Below the pieces are notes generated by a model that worked only from the letters and a program-made list of their open reading frames with translations, was not told the DNA's origin and did not search any database. The position numbers and the translations under genes are program-made. From contig OZ024743.1 in the NCBI GenBank assembly GCA_964016885.1, positions 249,302,001-249,366,000 on the forward strand: DNA of 64,000 nucleotides, given 5' to 3'. Shown piece after piece: positions 30,001 through 45,940 of the stretch (position 1 is the stretch's first letter; each line of letters begins with the position of its first letter). This stretch comes from Eledone cirrhosa. Its lineage: Eukaryota.

Positions 30001-33000
30001 ATGTGTTAACTATATAGGCAACAGTGATATGTTAACTACATAGGCAACAGTGATATGTTAACTACATAGACAACAGTAATGTGTTAACTACATAGACAAC
30101 TGTAATATGTTAACTACATACACAACAGTAATATGTTAACTACATAGAAAACAGTAATATGTTAACTACATAGGCAACAGTAATGTGATATCTATATAGG
30201 CATAAGTAACGTGTTAACTACATAGACAACAGTAATATGTTAACTATATAGACAAGAGTAATGTGTTAACTACAAAGGCAACAGTAATATGTTAACTACA
30301 TAGACAACAGTAATGTGTTAACTACATAGGCAACAGTAATATGTTAACTACGTAGACAATAGTAATGTTTTAACTATATAGACAACAGTAATGTGTTAAC
30401 TACATAGGCAACAGTAATATGTTAACTACCAAGACAACAGTAATGTGTTAACTATGTAGGCAACAGTAATATGTTAACTACATAGACAACAGTAATATGT
30501 TAACTACATAGACAACAGTAATGTGTTAACTATATAGACAACAGTAATGTGTTAACTACATAGACAACAGCAACGTGTTAACTACATAGGCAACAGTAAT
30601 ATGTTAACTACATAGACAACTGTAATGTGTTAACTACATAGACAACAGTAATGTGTTAACTACATAGGCAACAGTAATATGTTAAATACATAGACAACTG
30701 TAATGTGTTAACTACATAGACAACAGTAAAGTGTTAACTACATGGACAACAGTAATGTGTTAACTACATAGGCAACAGTAAAGTGTTAACTACATAGGCA
30801 ACAGTAAAGTGTTAACTACATAGACAACAGTAATATGTTAACTACATAGTCAACAGTAAAGTGTTAACGACATAGACAACAGTAATGTGTTAACTATATA
30901 GGCAACAGTGATATGTTAACTACATAGGCAACAGTGATATGTTAACTACATAGACAACAGTAATATGTTAACTACATAGGCAACAGTAATGTGATGTCTA
31001 TATAGGCATAAGTAATGTGTTAACTACATAGACAACAGTAATATGTTAACTACATAGGCAACAGCAATGTGTTAACTACATAGGCAACAGTAATGTGTTA
31101 ACTACATAGACAACAGTAATGTGTTAACTACATAGGCAACAGTAATATGTTAAATACATAGACAACTGTAACGTGTTAACTACATAGACAACAGTAATGT
31201 GTTAACTACATAGGCAACAGTAATGTGCTAAATACATAGACAACTGTAATGTGTTAACTACATAGACAACAGTAATGTGTTAACTACATAGGCAACAGTA
31301 ATATGTTAAATACATAGACAACTGTAATGTGTTAACTACATAGACAACAGTAAAGTGTTAACTACATAGACAACAGTAAAGTGTTAACTACATAGACAAC
31401 AGTAATGTGTTAACTACATAGACAACAGTAAAGTGTTAACTACATAGACAACAGTAATGTGTTAACTACATAGGCAACAGTAATATGTTAACTACATAGA
31501 CAATAGTAAAGTGTTAACTACATAGGCAACAGTAAAGTGTTAACTACATAGGCAACAGTAAAGTGTTAACTACATAGGCAACAGTAAAGTGTTAACTACA
31601 TAGACAACAGTAATATGTTAACTACATAGGCAACAGTAATATGTTAACTACATAGACAACAGTAATGTGTTAACTACATAGACAACAGTAATTTGTTAAC
31701 TACATAGGCAACAGTAAAGTGTTGACTACATAGGCAATAGTAATATGTTAACTACATAGACAACAGAAATGTGTTAAGTACATAGACAACAGTAATGTGT
31801 TAAGTACATAGACAACAGTAATGTGTTAAGTACATAGACAACAGTAATATGTTAACTATATAGACAAGAGTAATGTGTTAACTACAAAGGCAACAGTAAT
31901 ATGTTAACTACATAGACAACAGTAATGTGTCAACTACATAGGCAACAGTAATATGTTAACTACGTAGACAATAGTAATGTTTTAACTATATAGACAACAG
32001 TAATGTGTTAACTACAAAGGCAACAGTAATATGTTAACTACATAGACAACAGTAATGTGTTAACTATGTAGGCAACAGTAATATGTTAACTACATAGACA
32101 ACAGTAATATGTTAACTACATAGACAACAGTAATGTGTTAACTATATAGACAACAGTAATGTGTTAACTACATAGACAACAGTAACGTGTTAACTACATA
32201 GACAACAGTAATATGTTAACTACATAGACAACTGTAATGTGTTAACTACATAGACAACAGTAATGTGTTAACTACATAGGCAACAGTAATATGTTAAATA
32301 CATAGACAACTGTAATGTGTTAACTACATAGACAACAGTAAAGTGTTAACTACATTGACAACAGTAATGTGTTAACTACATAGACAACAGTAATGTGTTA
32401 ACTATATAGGCAACAGTGATATGTTAACTACATAGGCAACAGTGATATGTTAACTACATAGACAACAGTAATGTGTTAACTACATAGACAACTGTAATAT
32501 GTTAACTACATACACAACAGTAATATGTTAACTACATAGACAACAGTAATATGTTAACTACATAGGCAACAGTAATGTGATGTCTATATAGGCATAAGTA
32601 ATGTGTTAACTACATAGACAACAGTAATATGTTAACTACATAGGCAACAGTAATGTGTTAACTACATAGGCAACAGTAAAGTGTTAACTACATAGGCAAC
32701 AGTAATATGTGAACTACATAGACAACAGTAATGTGTTAACTACATAGATAACAGTAAAGTGTTAACTACATAGACAACAGTAAAGTGTTAACTACATAGA
32801 CAACAGCAAAGTGTTAACTACATAGACAACTGTAATGTGTTAACTACATAGACAACAGTAAAGTGTTAACTACATAGACAACAGTAAAGTGTTAACTACA
32901 TAGACAACAGTAATGTGTTAACTACATAGGCAACAGTAATGTGTTAACTACATAGGCAACAGTAAAGTGTTAACTACATAGGCAACAGTAATGTGTTAAC

Positions 33001-36000
33001 TACATAGGCAACAGTAACATGTTAACTACATAGGCAACAGTAATGTGTTAACTACATAGGCAACAGTAATGTGTTTACTACATAGGCAACAGTAATGTGT
33101 TTACTACATAGGCAACAGTAATGTGTTAACTACATAGGCAACAGTAATGTGTTAACTACATAGGCAACAGTAAAGTGTTAACTACATAGGCAACAGTAAT
33201 GTGTTTACTACATAGGCAACAGTAATGTGTTATCTACATAGGCTACAGTAATGTGTTAACTACATAGGCAACAGTAAAGTGTTAACTACATAGTCAACAG
33301 TAAAGTGTTAACTACATAGACAATAGTAATGTGTTAACTACATAGGCAACAGTAATGTGTTAACTACATAGGCAACAGTAATATGTTAACTACATAGACA
33401 ACAGTAATGTGTTAACTACATAGGCAACAGTAATGTGTTAACTACATAGACAACAGTAATATGTTAACTACATAGGCAACAGCAATGTGTTAACTACATA
33501 GACAACAGTAATATGTTAACTACATAGGCAACAGTAATGTGTTAACTACATAGGCAACAGTAATGTGTTAAATACATAGACAACAGTAATGTGTTAACTA
33601 CATAGGCAACAGTAATGTGTTAACTACATAGACAACTGTAATGTGTTAACTACATAGACAACAGTAAAGTGTTAACTACATGGACAACAGTAATGTGTTA
33701 ACTACATAGACAACAGTAAGTGTTAACTACATAGGCAACAGTAAAGTGTTAACTACATGGACAACAGTAATGTGTTAACTACATAGACAACAGTAATGTG
33801 TTAACTACATAGACAACAGTAAAGTGTTAACTATATAGACAACAGTAAAGTGTTAACTACATAGACAACAGTAATGTGTTAACTACATAGGCAACGGTAA
33901 TGTGTTAACTACATAGGCAACAGTAATGTGTTAACTACATAGGCAACAGTAATGTGTTAACTACATAGGCAACAGTAATGTGTTAACTACATAGACAACA
34001 GTAATGTGTTAACTACATAGGCAACAGTAATGTGTTAACTACATAGGCAACAGTAATGTGTTAACTTCATAGACAACAGTAATGTGTTTACTACATAGAC
34101 AACAGTAAAGTATTAACTACATAGACAACAGTAATGTGTTAACTACATAGGCAACAGTATTGTGTGAAATACATAGACAACATAATATTTTAACTACATA
34201 GGCAACAGTAATGTGTTAACTACATAGACAATAGTAATGTGTGAACTACATAGACAACAGTAATGTGTTAACTACATAGGCAACAGTAATGTGTTAACTA
34301 CATAGGCAACAGTAAAGTGTTAACTACATAGGCAACAGTAATATGTTAACTACATAGACAACAGTAATGTGTTAACTATATAGACAACAGTAATGTGTTA
34401 ACTACATAGGCAACAGTAATGTGTTAACTACATTGGCAACAGTAATGTGTTAACTACATAGACAACAGTTATGTGTTAACTATATAGACAACAGTAATGT
34501 GTTAACTACATAGACAACAGTAATGTGTTAACTACATAGACAACAGTAATGTGTTAACTACTAGACAACAGTAATGTGTTAACTACGTAGACAATAGTAA
34601 AGTGTTAACTACATAGACAACAGTAATGTGTTAACTACATAAGCAACAGTATTGTGTGAAATACATTGACAACATAATATGTTAACTACATAGGCAACAG
34701 TAATGTGTTAACTACATAGACAATAGTAATGTGTTAACTACATAGACAACGGTATGTGTTAACTACATAGGCAACAGTAATGTGTTAACTACATAGAGAA
34801 CAGTAATGTGTTAACTACATAGGCAACAGTATTGTGTGAAATACATAGACAACAGTATGTGTTAACTACATAGGCAACAGTAATGTGTTAACTACATAGG
34901 CAACAGTAATGTGTTAACTACATAGACAACAGTAATGTGTTAACTACATAGACAACAGTAATGTGTTAACTACATAGGCATCAGTTATATGTTAATTACA
35001 TAGACAACAGGAATGTGTTAACTACATAGACAACAAGAATGTGTTAACTACATAGACAACAGTAATGTGTTAACTACTAGACAACAGTAATGTGTTAACT
35101 ACGTAGACAATAGTAAAGTGTTAACTACATAGACAACAGTAATGTGTTAACTACATAGACAACAGTAAAGTGTTAACTACATAGGCAACAGTAAAGTGTT
35201 AACTACATAGGCAACAGTAATGTGTTAACTACATAGGCAACAGTAACATGTTAACTACATAGACAACAGTAATGTGTTAACTACATAGACAACAGTAATG
35301 TGTTAACTACATAGGCAACAGTAATGTGTTAACTACATAGGCAACAGTAAAGTGTTAACTACATAGGCAACAGTAATGTGTTAACTACATAGGCAACAGT
35401 AACATGTTAACTACATAGACAACAGTAATGTGTTAACTACATAGACAACAGTAATGTGTTAACTACATAGACAACAGTAAAGTGTTAACTACATAGACAA
35501 CAGTAATGTGTTAACTACGTAGACAATAGAAATGTGTTAACTACATAGACAACGGTATGTGTTAACTACATAGGCAACAGTAATGTGTTAACTACATAGA
35601 GAACAGTAATGTGTTAACTACATAGGCAACAGTATTGTGTGAAATACATAGACAACAGTATGTGTTAACTACATAGGCAACAGTAATGTGTTAACTACAT
35701 AGGCAACAGTAATCTGTTAACTACATAGACAACAGTAATGTGTTAACTACATAGACAACAGTAATGTGTTAACTACATAGGCAACAGTTATATGTTAATT
35801 ACATAGACAACAGGAATGTGTTAACTACATAGACAACAAGAATGTGTTAACTACATAGACAACAGTAATGTGTTAACTACTAGACAACAGTAATGTGTTA
35901 ACTACGTAGACAATAGTAAAGTGTTAACTACATAGACAACAGTAATGTGTTAACTACATAAGCAACAGTATTGTGTGAAATACATTGACAACATAATATG

Positions 36001-39000
36001 TTAACTACATAGGCAACAGTAATGTGTTAACTACATAGACAATAGTAATGTGTTAACTACATAGACAACAGTAATGTGTTAACTACATAGACAAGAGTAA
36101 TGTGTTAACTACATAGACAACAGTTATATGTTAACTACATAGACAACAGTAACGTGTTAACTACATAGACAACAGTAAAGTGTTAACTACATAGACAACA
36201 GTAAAGTGTTAACTACATAGGCAACAGTAATGTGTTAACTACATAGACAACAGTAAAGTGTTAACTACATAGACAACAGTAAAGTGTTAACTACATAGAC
36301 AACAGTAATGTGTTAACTACATAGACAACAGTAAAGTGTTAACTACATAGGCAACAGTAATGTGTTAACTACATAGACAACAGTAAAGTGTTAACTACAT
36401 AGACAACAGTAAAGTGTTAACTACATAGACAACAGTAATGTGTTAACTACATAGGCAACAGTATTGTGTGAAATACATAGACAACATAATATGTTAACTA
36501 CATAGGCAACAGTAATGTGTTAACTACATAGACAATAGTAATGTGTTAACTACATAGACAACAGTATGTGTTAACTACATCGACAACAGTAAAGTGTTAA
36601 CTACATAGACAACAGTAAAGTGTTAACTACATAGACAACAGTAATGTGTTAACTACATAGGCAACGGTAATGTGTTAACTACATAGGCAACAGTAATGTG
36701 TTAACTACATAGACAACAGTAATGTGTTAACTACATAGGCAACAGTAATGTGTTAACTTCATAGACAACAGTAATGTGTTAACTACATAGACAACAGTAA
36801 AGTATTAACTACATAGACAACAGTAATGTGTTAACTACATAGGCAACAGTATTGTGTGAAATACATAGACAACATAATATGTTAACTACATAGGCAACAG
36901 TAATATGTTAACTACATAGACAACAGTAATGTGTTAACTACATAGGCAACAATAATATGTTAACTACGTAGACAATAGTAATGTTTTAACTATATAGACA
37001 ACAGTAATGTGTTAACTACATAGGCAACAGTAATATGTTAACTACGTAGACAACAGTAATGTGTTAACTATGTAGGCAACAGTAATATGTTAACTACATA
37101 GACAATAGTAATATGTTAACTACATAGGCAACAGTAATGTGTTAACTATATAGACAACAGTAATGTGTTAACTACATAGACAACAGTAATGTGTTAACTA
37201 CATAGGCAACAGTAATATGTTAAATACATAGACAACTGTAACGTGTTAACTACATAGACAACAGTAATGTGTTAACTACATAGGCAACAGTAATGTGCTA
37301 AATACATAGACAACTGTAATGTGTTAACTACATAGACAACAGTAATGTGTTAACTACATAGGCAACAGTAATATGTTAAATACATAGACAACTGTAATGT
37401 GTTAACTACATAGACAACAGTAAAGTGTTAACTACATAGACAACAGTAAAGTGTTAACTACATAGACAACAGTAATGTGTTAACTACATAGACAACAGTA
37501 AAGTGTTAACTACATAGACAACAGTAATGTGTTAACTACATAGGCAACAGTAATATGTTAACTACATAGACAATAGTAAAGTGTTAACTACATAGGCAAC
37601 AGTAAAGTGTTAACTACATAGGCAACAGTAAAGTGTTAACTACATAGGCAACAGTAAAGTGTTAACTACATAGACAACAGTAATATGTTAACTACATAGG
37701 CAACAGTAATATGTTAACTACATAGACAACAGTAATGTGTTAACTACATAGACAACAGTAATTTGTTAACTACATAGGCAACAGTAAAGTGTTGACTACA
37801 TAGGCAATAGTAATATGTTAACTACATAGACAACAGTAATGTGTTAAGTACATAGACAACAGTAATGTGTTAAGTACATAGACAACAGTAATGTGTTAAG
37901 TACATAGACAACAGTAATATGTTAACTATATAGACAAGAGTAATGTGTTAACTACAAAGGCAACAGTAATATGTTAACTACATAGACAACAGTAATGTGT
38001 TAACTACATAGGCAACAGTAATATGTTAACTACGTAGACAATAGTAATGTTTTAACTATATAGACAACAGTAATGTGTTAACTACAAAGGCAACAGTAAT
38101 ATGTTAACTACATAGACAACAGTAATGTGTTAACTATGTAGGCAACAGTAATATGTTAACTACATAGACAACAGTAATATGTTAACTACATAGACAACAG
38201 TAATGTGTTAACTATATAGACAACAGTAATGTGTTAACTACATAGACAACAGTAACGTGTTAACTACATAGACAACAGTAATATGTTAACTACATAGACA
38301 ACTGTAATGTGTTAACTACATAGACAACAGTAATGTGTTAACTACATAGGCAACAGTAATATGTTAAATACATAGACAACTGTAATGTGTTAACTACATA
38401 GACAACAGTAAAGTGTTAACTACATTGACAATAGTAATGTGTTAACTACATAGACAACAGTAATGTGTTAACTATATAGGCAACAGTGATATGTTAACTA
38501 CATAGGCAACAGTGATATGTTAACTACATAGACAACAGTAATGTGTTAACTACATAGACAACTGTAATATGTTAACTACATACACAACAGTAATATGTTA
38601 ACTACATAGACAACAGTAATATGTTAACTACATAGGCAACAGTAATGTGATGTCTATATAGGCATAAGTAATGTGTTAACTACATAGACAACAGTATGTG
38701 TTAACTACATCGACAACAGTAATGTGTTAACTACATAGGCAACAGTAAAGTGTTAACTACATAGGCAACAGTAATATGTGAACTACATAGACAACAGTAA
38801 TGTGTTAACTACATAGATAACAGTAAAGTGTTAACTACATAGACAACAGTAAAGTGTTAACTACATAGACAACAGCAAAGTGTTAACTACATAGACAACA
38901 GTAATGTGTTAACTATGTAGACAACAGTAAAGTGTTAACTACATAGACAACAGTAATGTGTTAACTACATAGGCAACAGTAATGTGTTAACTACATAGGC

Positions 39001-42000
39001 AACAGTAAAGTGTTAACTACATAGGCAACAGTAATGTGTTAACTACATAGGCAACAGTAACATGTTAACTACATAGACAACAGTAATGTGTTAACTACAT
39101 AGACAACAGTAATGTGTTAACTACATAGACAACAGTAAAGTGTTAACTACATAGACAACAGTAATGTGTTAACTACGTAGACAATAGAAATGTGTTAACT
39201 ACATAGACAACGGTATGTGTTAACTACATAGGCAACAGTAATGTGTTAACTACATAGAGAACAGTAATGTGTTAACTACATAGGCAACAGTATTGTGTGA
39301 AATACATAGACAACAGTATGTGTTAACTACATAGGCAACAGTAATGTGTTAACTACATAGGCAACAGTAATGTGTTAACTACATAGACAACAGTAAAGTG
39401 TTAACTACATAGGCAACAGTAATGTGTTAACTACATAGACAACAGTAAAGTGTTAACTACATAGACAACAGTAAAGTGTTAACTACATAGACAACAGTAA
39501 TGTGTTAACTACATAGGCAACAGTAATGTGTTAACTACATAGACAATAGTAACGTGTTAACTACATAGCCAACAGTAAAGTGTTAACTACATAGACAACA
39601 GTAATGTGTTAACTACATAGACAACAGTAAAGTGTTAACTACATAGGCAACAGTAATGTGTTAACTACATAGACAACAGTAAAGTGTTAACTACATAGAC
39701 AACAGTAAAGTGTTAACTACATAGACAACAGTAATGTGTTAACTACATAGGCAACAGTAATGTGTTAACTACATAGACAACAGTAAAGTGTTAACTACAT
39801 AGACAACAGTAAAGTGTTAACTACATAGACAACAGTAAAGTGTTAACTACATAGACAACATAATATGTTAACTACATAGGCAACAGTAATGTGTTAACTA
39901 CATAGACAATAGTAATGTGTTAACTACATAGACAACAGTATGTGTTAACTACATAGGCAACAGTAATGTGTTAACTACATAGACAATAGTAATGTGTTAA
40001 CTACATAGACAACAGTAATGTGTTAACTACATAGGCAACAGTAATGTGTTAACTACATAGGCAACAGTAATGTGTTAACTACATAGGCAACAGTAATGTG
40101 TTAACTACATAGGCAACAGTAAAGTGTTAACTACATAGGCAACAGTAATGTGTTTACTACATAGGCAACAGTAATGTGTTATCTACATAGGCTACAGTAA
40201 TGTGTTAACTACATAGGCAACAGTAATGTGTTAACTACATAGACAATAGTAATGTGTTAACTACATAGACAACAGTAAAGTGTTAACTATATAGACAACA
40301 GTAAAGTGTTAACTACATAGGCAACAGTAATGTGTTAACTACATAGACAACGGTAAAGTGTTAACTACATAGACAACAGTAAAGTGTTAACTACATAGAC
40401 AACAGTAATGTGTTAACTACATAGACAACAGTAAAGTGTTAACTACATAGACAGCTGTAATGTGTTAACTACATAGACAACAGTAAAGTGTTAACTACAT
40501 AGACAACGGTAAAGTGTTAACTACATAGGCAACAGTAATGTGTTAACTACATAGACAATAGTAATGTGTTAACTACATAGACAACAGTAATGTGTTAACT
40601 ACATAGGCAACAGTAATGTGTTAAATACATAGGCAACAGTAAAGTGTTAACTACATAGACAACAGTAATATGTTAACTACATAGACAACAGTAATGTGTT
40701 AACTATATAGACAACAGTAATGTGTTAACTACATAGGCAACAGTATTGTGTGAAATACATAGGCAACATAATATGTTAACTACATAGGCAACAGTAATGT
40801 GTTAACTACATAGACAATAGTAATGTGTTAACTACATAGACAACAGTAATGTGTTAACTACATAGGCAACAGTAATGTGTTAACTACATAGGCAACAGTA
40901 ATGTGTTAACTACATAGACAACAGTAATATGTTAACTACATAGGCAACAGTAATGTGTTAACTACATAGGCAACAGTAAAGTGTTAACTACATAGGCAAC
41001 AGTAATATGTTAACTACATAGACAACAGTAATGTGTTAACTATATAGACAACAGTAATGTGTTAACTACATAGGCAACAGTAATGTGTTAACTACATATG
41101 CAACAGTAATGTGTTAACTACATAGACAACAGTTATGTGTTAACTATATAGACAACAGTAATGTGTTAACTACATAGACAACAGTAATGTGTTAACTACA
41201 TAGACAACAGTAATGTGTTAACTACATAGGCAACAGTAATGTGTTAACTACATAGGCAACAGTAATGTGTTAACTACATAGACAACAGTAATATGTTAAC
41301 TACATAGGCAACAGTAATGTGTTAACTACATAGGCAACAGTAAAGTGTTAACTACATAGACAACATAATATGTTAACTACATAGACAACAGTAATGTGTT
41401 AACTATATAGACAACAGTAATGTGTTAACTACATAGGCAACAGTAATGTGTTAACTACATATGCAACAGTAATGTGTTAACTACATAGACAACAGTTATG
41501 TGTTAACTACATAGGCAACAGTAATGTGTTAACTACATATGCAACAGTAATGTGTTAACTACATAGGCAACAGTAATGTGTTAACTACATATGCAACAGT
41601 AATGTGTTAACTACATAGACAACAGTTATGTGTTAACTATATAGACAACAGTAATGTGTTAACTACATAGACAACAGTAATGTGTTAACTACATAGACAA
41701 CAGTAAAGTGTTAACTACATAGACAACAGTAAAGTGTTAACTACATAGGCAACAGTAATGTGTTAACTACATAGACAACAGTAATGTGTTAACTACATAG
41801 ACAACAGTAATGTGTTAACTACATAGACAACAGTAATGTGTTAACTACATAGACAACAGTTATATGTTAACTACATAGACAACAGTAAAGTGTTAACTAC
41901 ATAGACAACAGTAATGTGTTAACTGCATAGACAACAGTAAAGTGTTAACTACATAGGCAACAGTAAAGTGTTAACTACATAGGCAACAGTAATGTGTTAA

Positions 42001-45000
42001 CTACATAGACAACAGTAAAGTGTTAACTACATAGACAACAGTAAAGTGTTAACTACATAGACAACAGTAAAGTGTTAACTACATAGGCAACAGTAATGTG
42101 TTAACTACATAGACAACAGTAAAGTGTTAACTACATAGACAACAGTAAAGTGTTAACTACATAGGCAACAGTAAAGTGTTAACTACATAGGCAACAGTAA
42201 AGTGTTAACTACATAGGCAACAGTAAAGTGTTAACTACATAGGCAACAGTAAAGTGTTAACTACATAGGCAACAGTAAAGTGTTAACTACATAGACAACA
42301 GTAAAGTGTTAACTACATAGGCAACAGTAAAGTGTTAACTACATAGACAACAGTAAAGTGTTAACTACATAGGCAACAGTAAGGTGTTAACTACATAGGC
42401 AACAGTAATGTGTTAACTACATACACAACAGTAAAGTGTTAACTTCATAGACAACAGTAATGTGTTAACTACATAGACAACAGTAATGTGTTAAGTACAT
42501 AGACAATAGTAATGTGTTAACTGCATAGGCAACAGTAAAGTGTTAACTACATAGACAACAGTAAAGTGTTAACTACATAGACAACAGTAAAGTGTTAACT
42601 ACATAGACAACAGTAAAGTGTTAACTACATAGGCAACAGTAAAGTGTTAACTACATAGGCAACAGTAATGTGTTAACTACATAGACAACAGTAAAGTGTT
42701 AACTACATAGACAACAGTAAAGTGTTAACTACATAGGCAACAGTAATGTGTTAACTACATAGACAACAGTATGTGTTAACTACATCGACAACAGTAAAGT
42801 GTTAACTGCATAGACAACAGTAATGTGTTAACTACATAGGCAACAGTATTGTGTGAAATACATAGACAACATAATATGTTAACTACATAGGCAACAGTAA
42901 TGTGTTAACTACATAGACAATAGTAATGTGTTAACTACATAGACAACAGTAAAGTGTTAACTACACAGGCAACAGTAATGTGTTAACTACATAGGCAACA
43001 GTATTGTGTGAAATACATAGACAACATAATATGTTAACTACATAGGCAACAGTAATGTGTTAACTACATAGACAATAGTAATGTGTTAACTACATAGACA
43101 ACAGTAAAGTGTTAACTACATAGGCAACAGTAATGTGTTAACTACATAGGCAACAGTAATGTGTTAACTACATAGACAACAGTAATATGTTAACTACATA
43201 GGCAACAGTAATGTGTTAACTACATAGACAACAGTAATATGTTAACTACATAGGCAACAGTAATGTGTTAACTACATAGGCAACAGTAAAGTGTTAACTA
43301 CACAGGCAACAGTAATGTGTTAACTACATAGGCAACAGTAATGTGTTATCTACATAGGCTACAGTAATGTGTTAACTACATAGGCAACAGTAATGTGTTA
43401 ACTACATAGACAATAGTAAAGTGTTAACTACATAGACAATAGTAATGTGTTAACTGCATAGGCAACAGTAATGTGTTAACTACACAGGCAACAGTAATGT
43501 GTTAACTACATAGGCAACAGTAAAGTGTTAACTACACAGGCAACAGTAATGTGTTAACTACATAGGCAACAGTAATGTGTTAACTACATAGACAACAGTA
43601 ATGTGTTAACTACATAGGCAACAGTAATGTGTTATCTACATAGGCTACAGTAATGTGTTAACTACATAGGCAACAGTAATGTGTTATCTACATAGGCTAC
43701 AGTAAAGTGTTAACTACATAGGCAACAGTAATGTGTTATCTACATAGGCAACAGTAAAGTGTTAACTACATAGACAATAGTAAAGTGCTAACTACATAGA
43801 CAATAGTAATGTGTTAACTGCATAGGCAACAGTAATGTGTTAAATACATAGACAACAGTAATGTGTTAACTACATAGGAAACAGTAATGTGTTAACTACA
43901 TAGACAATAGTAATGTGTTAACTACATAGACAACAGTAAAGTGTTAACTACATAGACAACAGTAAAGTGTTAACTACATAGGCAACAGTAAAGTGTTAAC
44001 TACATAGACAACAGTAAAGTGTTAACTACATAGACAACAGTAATGTGTTAACTACATAGACAACAGTAAAGTGTTAACTACATAGACAACAGTAATGTGT
44101 TAACTACATAGGCAACGGTAATGTGTTAACTACATAGGCAACAGTAATGTGTTAACTACATAGGCAACAGTAATGTGTTAACTACATAGGCAACAGTAAT
44201 GTGTTAACTACATAGACAACAGTAATGTGTTAACTTCATAGACAACAGTAATGTGTTTACTACATAGACAACAGTAAAGTATTAACTACATAGACAACAG
44301 TAATGTGTTAACTACATAGGCAACAGTATTGTGTGAAATACATAGACAACATAATATGTTAACTACATAGACAACAGTAATGTGTTAACTATATAGACAA
44401 CAGTAATGTGTTAACTACATAGGCAACAGTAATGTGTTAACTACATAGGCAACAGTAATGTGTTAACTACATAGACAACAGTTATGTGTTAACTATATAG
44501 ACAACAGTAATGTGTTAACTACATAGACAACAGTAATGTGTTAACTACATAGACAACAGTAATGTGTTAACTACATAGGCAACAGTAATATGTTAACTAC
44601 ATAGGCAACAGTAATGTGTTAACTACATAGACAACAGTAATGTGTTAACTACATAGACAACAGTAAAGTGTTAACTACATAGATAACAGTAATGTGTTAA
44701 CTACATAGAGAACAGTAATGTGTTAACTACATAGACAACAGTAAAGTGTTAACTACATAGACAACAGTAATGTGTTAACTACATAGACAACAGGAATGTG
44801 TTAACTACATAGACAACAGTAATGTGTTAACTACATAGGCAACAGTTATATGTTAACTACATAGACAACAGGAATGTGTTAACTACATAGACAACAAGAA
44901 TGTGTTAACTACATAGACAACAGTAATGTGTTAACTACTAGACAACAGTAATGTGTTAACTACGTAGACAATAGTAAAGTGTTAACTACATAGACAACAG

Positions 45001-45940
45001 TAATGTGTTAACTACATAAGCAACAGTATTGTGTGAAATACATTGACAACATAATATGTTAACTACATAGGCAACAGTAATGTGTTAACTACATAGACAA
45101 TAGTAATGTGTTAACTACATAGACAACAGTAATGTATTAACTACATAGACAACAGTAATGTGTTAACTACATAGACAACAGTAATGTGTTAACTACATAG
45201 GCAACAGTAATGTGTTAACTACATAGGCAACAGTAAAGTGTTAACTACATAGGCAACAGTAAAGTGTTAACTACATAGACAACAGTAATATGTTAACTAC
45301 ATAGGCAACAGTAATATGTTAACTACATAGACAAAAGTAAAGTGTTAACTATATAGACAACAGTAATGTGTTAACTGCATAGACAACAGTAATATGTTAA
45401 CTACATAGACAAAAGTAATGTGTTAACTACATAGACAACAGGAATGTGTTAACTACATAGACAACAGTAATGTGTTAACTACATAGACAACAGTAATGTG
45501 TTAACTACATAGACAACAGTAATGTGTTAACTACATAGACAACAGTAATGTGTTAACTACATAGACAACTGTAATGTGTTAACTACATAGGCAACAGTAA
45601 TATGTTAACTACATAGGCAACAGTTATATGTTAACTACATAGACAACAGGAATGTGTTAACTACATAGACAACAGGAATGTGTTAACTACATAGACAACA
45701 GTAATGTGTTAACTACTAGACAACAGTAATGTGTTAACTACGTAGACAATAGTAAAGTGTTAACTACATAGACAACAGTAATGTGTTAACTACGTAGACA
45801 ACAGTAATGTGTTAACTACATAGACAACAGTAATGTGTTAACTACGTAGACAACAGGAATGTGTTAACTACATAGACAACAGTAATGTGTTAACTACTAG
45901 ACAACAGTAATGTGTTAACTACGTAGACAACAGTAATGTA
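1..45940. repeat. Giant 26-bp tandem satellite, ~1,770 copies, running off the left edge of the window
   Basis: Continuous repetition of TAACTACATAG(A/G)CAACAGTAA(T/A)(G/A)TGT with 26-nt period and occasional 25/27-nt variants. No ORF >=60 aa in the track. Ends abruptly at ...cagtaatgta|cttaacagatg (~45,940). Confidence 0.99.

Noticed and set aside
1-45940. CRISPR array, telomeric repeat or coding repeat
   Set aside because: There are no unique spacers, no cas genes and no TTAGGG. The 26-nt period rotates TAA/TAG stops through all frames on both strands.
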